Origin: Candidatus Cryptobacteroides sp.
GTDB taxonomy: Bacteria; Bacteroidota; Bacteroidia; Bacteroidales; UBA932
NCBI GenBank assembly: GCA_051869955.1
Contig: JBJEBJ010000010.1
Span: 10,334 to 74,333, forward strand
DNA: 64,000 nt
Direction of reading: 5' to 3'
The notes under the pieces are model-generated. The model did no database searches and was not told the origin of the DNA. It saw only the letters and a list, made by a program, of their open reading frames with translations. The number at the start of each line of letters is the position of its first letter. The first letter of the stretch is position 1. A program made the position numbers and the translations under genes. Positions 58,319 to 64,000 of this stretch are shown here, one piece after another.

Positions 58319-59959
58319 CTATTTGTACATGAATCGCTTGATGCTCATTTTCGGAGTCTTCTCGAACGGGGCTTCCACAGGCTCCACCTTCTGGAGCTTG
58401 CTGTATGAAGGAAGCTGCTTGTTGGATGCAATCCTGATATGCTCAGGGAGTTCCGAAATGGCTTCCGTGTCGAGGCCGGCCTTCTTCATTCCGTCCTGGT
58501 CGAGATATACGAGGGCCACGAGTTTGCCGGAGCGGTCAACAACGACGGACTCCACCACGAACGGCTGGTTATTGACCACGGCCTCCACTTCCTCAGGATA
58601 GATATTCTGTCCGTTGGCGCTGAGAATCATGCTCTTGCTTCTTCCGCGGATAAAGATATTGCCTTCGGCGTCAATGACTCCGAGGTCTCCTGTCCTGAGA
58701 TATCCGTCTTCGGTGAAAGCCGCAGCTGAAGCCTCAGGATTCTTGTAATATCCGATGCAGATATTGTCTCCCTTGGCCTGGATTTCACCGACCACGTTCA
58801 CCGGATCCTCGGAATCGATCCGCACGGTAGCGCAGTCCACAGACTTGCCGCATGATCCCGGCACATATTTGTCACAGGCCTCGTAAGCGAGAAGAGGAGC
58901 GGCCTCGGTCATGCCGTATCCCACAGTATATGGGAGTCCGAGTTTCTTGAAGCATTTCTCCACCTCCGGATTCAGAGGGGCACCTCCCATGATTATCATC
59001 TGCAGATTGCCGCCGAGAGCACTCAGCAAAGTCTCCCTTACTTTCTTGAAAATCAGGCACCTGACTCCCGGAATTGCCGTAAGGACTTTCATCACCGGCT
59101 TGTCGAGGGCAGGCTTGAGCGAGCTCTTGTATATCTTCTCCATGACGAGAGGAACAGTGATAAGCAGATATGGGCGGACCTCCTTCATGGCTGCGAGAAG
59201 CAGGGTCGGGGAAGGTGTCTTGCCGAGGAACGTGATACTGGTTCCGTTGCACAGAGGATAGAGGAACTCGAACATGAGACCGTACATGTGCGCCATCGGC
59301 AACATGGAAACCATTGTGTACTTGTCAGATGACGGGATATGTCTCTGGCCGAAATCCACATTGGCGCTCAACGCCCTGTACGTGAGCATTACTCCTTTCG
59401 GGGCGCTGGTTGTTCCGGATGTATAGTTGATTACCGCGAGATCGTCCCAGTTGTCGCACGGGAGGTTGACGTTTTCTTGGGAGAATCCGAGAGGATATTT
59501 CGCGGCAAACGCGTCCGAAATCCCGGAATAAGCCTTCCGGGAATCTTCGTCACCGTACAGGAGGCTGAAATCATTCACGCTGACAACGGCCTTCAAACGT
59601 GGCATGGCCTTGATGTCGAGTTTTTCCCATATATCCGTGTCAGTGAACAGGATAAGGCTCTCGGAATGGTCCACGAGATGGTTCACGCTCTCAGGTGTGA
59701 AGTCCGACAGGATCGGAACGACCACCTTTCCGCTGGTGTTGATTGCGAGGAAGGACAATGCCATGCGGGCCGTGTTCTTGGCGCATACGGCTATCTTGTC
59801 GCCTTTTCCGAGGCCGCAGGAGTCAAAGAAAATGTGGAACCGCGCTATCTGCCCGGCCATCTGTCCATAGGTGAAGGACTCTCCGCGGAAATTGCGGATT
59901 GCAGGTTTTTCCCAGTAAAGCCTGGTCGCATTCTGGAGTCTTGAGAAATAATGTTCCAT
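58319..59959 (-). CDS. Long-chain acyl-CoA synthetase (AMP-binding family), divergent paralogue 3
   Basis: YTSGTTSAPKG, LPMAHMYG, GYGMTE, RTGDLG, GQNIYPEEVE and KTPKMSIKR. Start taken at MEHYF. Confidence 0.9.
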   Translation of the reverse strand: MEHYFSRLQNATRLYWEKPAIRNFRGESFTYGQMAGQIARFHIFFDSCGLGKGDKIAVCAKNTARMALSFLAINTSGKVVVPILSDFTPESVNHLVDHSESLILFTDTDIWEKLDIKAMPRLKAVVSVNDFSLLYGDEDSRKAYSGISDAFAAKYPLGFSQENVNLPCDNWDDLAVINYTSGTTSAPKGVMLTYRALSANVDFGQRHIPSSDKYTMVSMLPMAHMYGLMFEFLYPLCNGTSITFLGKTPSPTLLLAAMKEVRPYLLITVPLVMEKIYKSSLKPALDKPVMKVLTAIPGVRCLIFKKVRETLLSALGGNLQMIIMGGAPLNPEVEKCFKKLGLPYTVGYGMTEAAPLLAYEACDKYVPGSCGKSVDCATVRIDSEDPVNVVGEIQAKGDNICIGYYKNPEASAAAFTEDGYLRTGDLGVIDAEGNIFIRGRSKSMILSANGQNIYPEEVEAVVNNQPFVVESVVVDRSGKLVALVYLDQDGMKKAGLDTEAISELPEHIRIASNKQLPSYSKLQKVEPVEAPFEKTPKMSIKRFMYK

Positions 59960-60108
59960 AAATATGTAAATTTCAGGGATGTCGTCTTTTCGGCTGACGC
60001 AATGCACAAATTTAATACTTTTCCGCCATTTTCACACGTAATATCCAACTTTCCGCTATCTTTGCCGACGACGGCACAGATGCCGGGACTATTGAAAGAG
60101 ATTATTTT

Positions 60109-60945
60109 ATGAAACGCAAACCGATTGTAGCGCTTATCTATGACTTCGACGGGACCCTGTCCCCGGGAAACATGCAGGAATTCGGGTTCATCCAGGCCAT
60201 CGGGAAGACTCCTGCGGAATTCTGGCAGATGAGTGACGGAATAGCCAAGGGGCAGGACGCGAGCAACATCCTGGCCTATATGAAACTTATGGCCGACGAA
60301 GCCAAGGCCAAGGGCATCAAGTTGAAAAGGGAGGAACTGAAGATGTTCGGGGCCGGCATCGAACTGTTCTCCGGAGTGGAAAAATGGTTCAGGCTCATCA
60401 ATCTTTACGGAGAGATGAAAGGGGTGAAAGTGGAACATTACATCAATTCATCCGGACTGAAGGAAATCATCGAGGGGTCGCCAATTGCCGGACGCTTCAA
60501 GCACATATTCGCAAGCTCGTTCATATACAATGAGAACGGCGAGGCGGAATGGCCGGGCATCGCAGTGGACTACACGGCCAAGACACAGTTCATTTTCAAG
60601 ATAAACAAGGGCATTTTCAGTTCACGTGACGCAGCCAAGGTGAATGAAAGCGTTTCGGATGACAAGAAGCGCATCCCGTTCACCCAGATGATTTATTTCG
60701 GAGACGGAGATACCGACGTGCCCTGCATGAAAATTGTCAACATGTTCGGCGGTCATTCCATAGCGGTGTATGACCCGGAGAACAAGAAGAAGAAAGCCGT
60801 CGCGGAAAAGCTGAAACGTCAGGGACGTGTCAATTTCACCGCTCCGGCCAACTATGATGCCGGGGGAAGAGTCTATGAAGTGGTATGCCGCATAATCGAC
60901 AAGATAGTCGCCGACATAGCTCTTTCCCGTCTTTCCAAAGGTTGA
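60109..60945 (+). CDS. HAD-like hydrolase
   Basis: YDFDGTLSPGNMQE, YINSSG, KTQF.F.INKG and YFGDGDTDVPCM. Confidence 0.85.
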   Translation: MKRKPIVALIYDFDGTLSPGNMQEFGFIQAIGKTPAEFWQMSDGIAKGQDASNILAYMKLMADEAKAKGIKLKREELKMFGAGIELFSGVEKWFRLINLYGEMKGVKVEHYINSSGLKEIIEGSPIAGRFKHIFASSFIYNENGEAEWPGIAVDYTAKTQFIFKINKGIFSSRDAAKVNESVSDDKKRIPFTQMIYFGDGDTDVPCMKIVNMFGGHSIAVYDPENKKKKAVAEKLKRQGRVNFTAPANYDAGGRVYEVVCRIIDKIVADIALSRLSKG

Positions 60946-61833
60946 TTATTTCCCGAATCTTTTGAGGATATCCCCGTACGCGTCGATTCTCCTGTCACGG
61001 AGGAAAGGCCATCCGCGGCGGACATACTCGGTCCTGTCAAGGTCAATCTCCACGACCTTGTTCTCCTCTCTGTCTGTGCTGAACTGTGCCAGAATCTCGC
61101 CCTGTGGGCCTGTAGCGAATGAATATCCCCAGAAATCGAGCCCGATGGTATTGCCGGAAGGATCATCCTCATGTCCGACACGGTTCACTGTAATGACTGG
61201 AAGCCCGTTGGCCACTGAATGTCCCCTCTGGACCAGCTGCCAGGCCTGGCGCTGGGTCTGCTGCTCATCTTTCGAATCGGTCCCGACGCCTCCGATTGCA
61301 GTAGGATAAATCAGGAGCTCAGCCCCGTTGAGGGCCATGAGCCTCGCTGCCTCCGGATACCACTGATCCCAGCAGACAAGCACTCCAAGGTCACCCACCG
61401 AAGTATGGACAGGCCTGAATCCGAGGTCACCCGGGGTGAAATAGAATTTCTCATAGAAGCAAGGATCATCAGGAATGTGCATCTTGCGGTATTTGCCGGC
61501 AATGGAGCCGTCCTTTTCAATTACGACTGCGGTATTGTGATACAGACCGGGAGCGCGTCTCTCGAAGAGAGAGAGAACGAGAACGATGCCGAGTTCGCGT
61601 GCAAGAGCGCCGAACCTCTCTGTGGACGGGCCCGGGATGGTCTCGGCCAGGTCACATATCGAGGCTTCCTCGGTCTGGCAGAAATATACGCTATTGTGCA
61701 GTTCCTGGAGCACGACGAGCTGGGCGCCTTCCGAAGCGCACTGCCTGATATTCGCCTCAAGCTTGCTGATGTTGGCAGCTATGTCCGTTCCGCAGGATTG
61801 CTGCACCATTCCGACTTTGAGTATTCTTGACAT
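60946..61833 (-). CDS. aguB: N-carbamoylputrescine amidase (carbon-nitrogen hydrolase)
   Basis: Nitrilase triad LQELH / YRKMHIPDDP..YEKFYF / VCWDQWYPE, YPTAIG and FLRDRR; downstream of aguA. Confidence 0.88.
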   Translation of the reverse strand: MSRILKVGMVQQSCGTDIAANISKLEANIRQCASEGAQLVVLQELHNSVYFCQTEEASICDLAETIPGPSTERFGALARELGIVLVLSLFERRAPGLYHNTAVVIEKDGSIAGKYRKMHIPDDPCFYEKFYFTPGDLGFRPVHTSVGDLGVLVCWDQWYPEAARLMALNGAELLIYPTAIGGVGTDSKDEQQTQRQAWQLVQRGHSVANGLPVITVNRVGHEDDPSGNTIGLDFWGYSFATGPQGEILAQFSTDREENKVVEIDLDRTEYVRRGWPFLRDRRIDAYGDILKRFGK

Positions 61834-61873
61834 ATTCAGTTTGAATTTATTACAATATTCAGCCCCTCTCCTG

Positions 61874-62929
61874 TCATTTCCCCTGCGCCGGCCTCAGCCA
61901 GCCTTCCGGAAACTGCATCGTGACGCAGTGGAGAGAGCCGTGACCGGAGAGCAGGGGCCTGCAGTCAATCACCTTGATCTCCCTGTCGGGAAATGCCTCC
62001 TGCAATCTTTCCGCAGCAATGTCATCGAGCGGTGAACCGGATCCCGGAACGAGTACTGCGCCGTTGATTATCAAGAAATTGGCATAGGAAGCAGGAAGTC
62101 TGTATCCATCTAACCAGAGAGGCTCCGGCAGAGGGAGAGGAATCAGACGGTAAGGTTTCCCGTCTTCAGTCCGGAATTCCCTGAGCTGGGCCTCCATTGC
62201 GTGCAGTCCTGCATAGTTTTCGTCCGACTCATCGGTACATTGTGTATATGCTATCGTGTCAGGAGAGCAGAAACGGGCCATGATGTCCACGTGGCTGTCC
62301 GTATCGTCCCCGGCGATTCCCCCGTGCTCGAGCCAGAGGACCCGTTTCAGGCCGAAAGCCTGCCTGAGTTCCCCTTCAATCTCCTCGCGGGAGAGATATT
62401 CATTGCGGTTCACCGAGCAGAGACATTCTGCAGTGGTCAGGAGGGTTCCCTGCCCGTCGGAATCAATGCTGCCGCCTTCAAGCACGAACGGCCTCATGTC
62501 CACGCACATGACATCCTCCTCGAACATTCCGGAGAAGAAGACCTTGCGCGTCATCTGGTTGTCCAGATCGGAAGCGAACTTCAGGCCCCAGCCGTTGAAC
62601 ACGAAATCATAGAGATATTTCTCCCCGGCATCACCGTGGACAGAGATTCCGCCATGGTCCCGTGCCCAGGTGTCGTTGATCGGGCATTCGCAGAAGGCAA
62701 TGGCATCGATATCAATGTCAAGAGACAGTGATTCAGACAGTTCCGCAAGACGCTCGCGCGCATCTTCCACGGATGAAGTGACTATCATCAGAGCCTCATG
62801 TCCGAGGACAGCGGCGGCGATTTTCGCATAACATTCCTGGACTTTCTCCAGTTCGTACCAAGGAGTGGTCGCGTCCGGCCACGTGAGCTGGACTCCACTC
62901 TGTTTCTCCCATTCTGCAGGCAGTCTCAT
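61874..62929 (-). CDS. aguA: Agmatine deiminase (PAD_porph family)
   Basis: RLPAEWE, WP, NDTWARD.G, FNGWG, LEGGSID.DG.GT, DDTDSHVD, ASYANFL and GSLHCVTMQ. Confidence 0.9.
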   Translation of the reverse strand: MRLPAEWEKQSGVQLTWPDATTPWYELEKVQECYAKIAAAVLGHEALMIVTSSVEDARERLAELSESLSLDIDIDAIAFCECPINDTWARDHGGISVHGDAGEKYLYDFVFNGWGLKFASDLDNQMTRKVFFSGMFEEDVMCVDMRPFVLEGGSIDSDGQGTLLTTAECLCSVNRNEYLSREEIEGELRQAFGLKRVLWLEHGGIAGDDTDSHVDIMARFCSPDTIAYTQCTDESDENYAGLHAMEAQLREFRTEDGKPYRLIPLPLPEPLWLDGYRLPASYANFLIINGAVLVPGSGSPLDDIAAERLQEAFPDREIKVIDCRPLLSGHGSLHCVTMQFPEGWLRPAQGK

Positions 62930-62970
62930 ATTATCGTTATTTTACAACCTGCAAAAATAAACAATTTATC

Positions 62971-64000
62971 TCAATCCTCCCAGTTGTCAGTACGGAAAGG
63001 TGCCACAGGAAGATTGCAGCGTCCAGTCAGATTGCCGGGCTGGAAATCCCTGAAACAATAACGTACAGCTACCGGATGAGGTACATCGCCACTCCACACG
63101 ATCATCGTACGTCCCGGTCCCAGTTTGGCCTCGGCCGGGTGGAAGACCTTGTCCTCCCCTGCCACCTCGAAGCCCTCAATCCCGTGCCACGGGCTGAATC
63201 CGTTGTCTGCCCCGTCGAAACGGACAGTGACCTCCTTCCCGTTGATTTCCATATCCCTGTAAACAGGTCCGTCACAAACAATTCCCTCACGGCCATAGGT
63301 CTTGTTGAGAGCCTGGTAAGCGAGACGGTAGCCGACTTCTTTTTTCCGGCAAGGATGTATCTGGTCATACTCATGGGCATAGACAAGGTCGTTGGTGCAT
63401 ACGATTCCGCTGTTCGGAATCATGCCGGCAGCCTTCCTCTGGGCCTCTCTCTGACGGGCCCCGAGAGTACCGTCCCCGCTGTATTTCCAAGGAGCGAGTT
63501 CTACCTCATAGAACGGAAGCTGGCCCTGTCCCCAGAGCTCCCTCCAAATTTCTACCATCCTGGCAAGGCGGTCAGCATAATACTGGTACAGACCGGCATT
63601 GGTCTCGCCCTGATACCACAGGAAGCCTTTGAGGGTATAATTGTGAACCGGATGGAGCATGCCGTTGTACATCACGTATGATGAGCAGCAGTTCCACCAT
63701 CCGCCCGGATCCTTGCGGTGGAGTTCGCCAAGTGGCAGGGTTTCCACAGGATATTCGCGGACAATCTCCTCAGGCATCCAGCTCTCCACGGCGGAACCTC
63801 CCCAGTTGCATTCCAGAAGGCCTACAGGCACGTCGAGAACGGAATTCAGCATCTTGGCGAAAAACCATCCGGCTGCGGAAATCCATCTCGCGGTCTCAGG
63901 AGCAGGAACAACCCATCTGCCCTCCACCGTGTCCTGTACTTCAAGGCTTCCGGTCTTTGGAATCTTGACCTGGCGTATCTTGTCCTTCCATTGTCCGGAA
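62971..64000 (-). CDS. Sialate O-acetylesterase family (SASA) protein, 3' part (starts beyond the right edge)
   Basis: SAAGWFFA, VPVGLL..WGGS.VESW, YNGML.P, LWYQGETN, DQIHP..K..VG.RLA, VAVRY and PFRTDNW. Confidence 0.85.
   Translation of the reverse strand, partial: SGQWKDKIRQVKIPKTGSLEVQDTVEGRWVVPAPETARWISAAGWFFAKMLNSVLDVPVGLLECNWGGSAVESWMPEEIVREYPVETLPLGELHRKDPGGWWNCCSSYVMYNGMLHPVHNYTLKGFLWYQGETNAGLYQYYADRLARMVEIWRELWGQGQLPFYEVELAPWKYSGDGTLGARQREAQRKAAGMIPNSGIVCTNDLVYAHEYDQIHPCRKKEVGYRLAYQALNKTYGREGIVCDGPVYRDMEINGKEVTVRFDGADNGFSPWHGIEGFEVAGEDKVFHPAEAKLGPGRTMIVWSGDVPHPVAVRYCFRDFQPGNLTGRCNLPVAPFRTDNWED

Noticed and set aside
60946-62929. aguA-aguB pair as a novel system
   Set aside because: This is the ordinary agmatine-to-putrescine route common in Bacteroidales.

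Overview
Chromosomal window of a Bacteroidales bacterium, judged from SusC/SusD, ECF-FecR and the TAnnTTTG promoter elements before many genes. Left to right it carries: the 5' part of a tyrosine recombinase and tRNA-Gly(CCC); two near-identical long-chain acyl-CoA ligase paralogues bracketing ~14 kb of accessory DNA (an ECF/FecR/SusC/SusD locus with an EEP hydrolase, a double-FISUMP lipoprotein and an FAD oxidoreductase but no CAZyme, then a truncated flavodoxin, a DUF3791-DUF3990-DUF3791-like triad and PadR-DUF2812); a TPR protein, gyrA, an M-domain-less clpC, HAD, nucleoside phosphorylase, AI-2E, DUF4293 and LytTR genes; a compact Firmicutes-like fabH-fabK-fabF-fabZ cluster; an AAA-ATPase/PD-(D/E)XK gene with a late nonsense codon; queF-yhhQ behind a preQ1-I-like riboswitch; a dense cluster of palindromic repeats; prfA, GNAT, DUF2147, tcdA, mazG, bactofilin and secA; a split glycan-modification locus; then htpG, outer-membrane proteins, a third acyl-CoA ligase, HAD, aguA-aguB and a partial sialate O-acetylesterase. 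The best candidate for an undescribed system is the glycan locus (cytidylyltransferase-PLP enzyme fusion, opine dehydrogenase, flippase, GT2, LicD, GT4), which could build and transfer an opine-type phospho-aminoalcohol. At least three unannotated MITE/REP-like element types are visible. No CRISPR array, rRNA, transposase or reverse transcriptase was found. All family calls come from motif recognition by eye, with no database searches.
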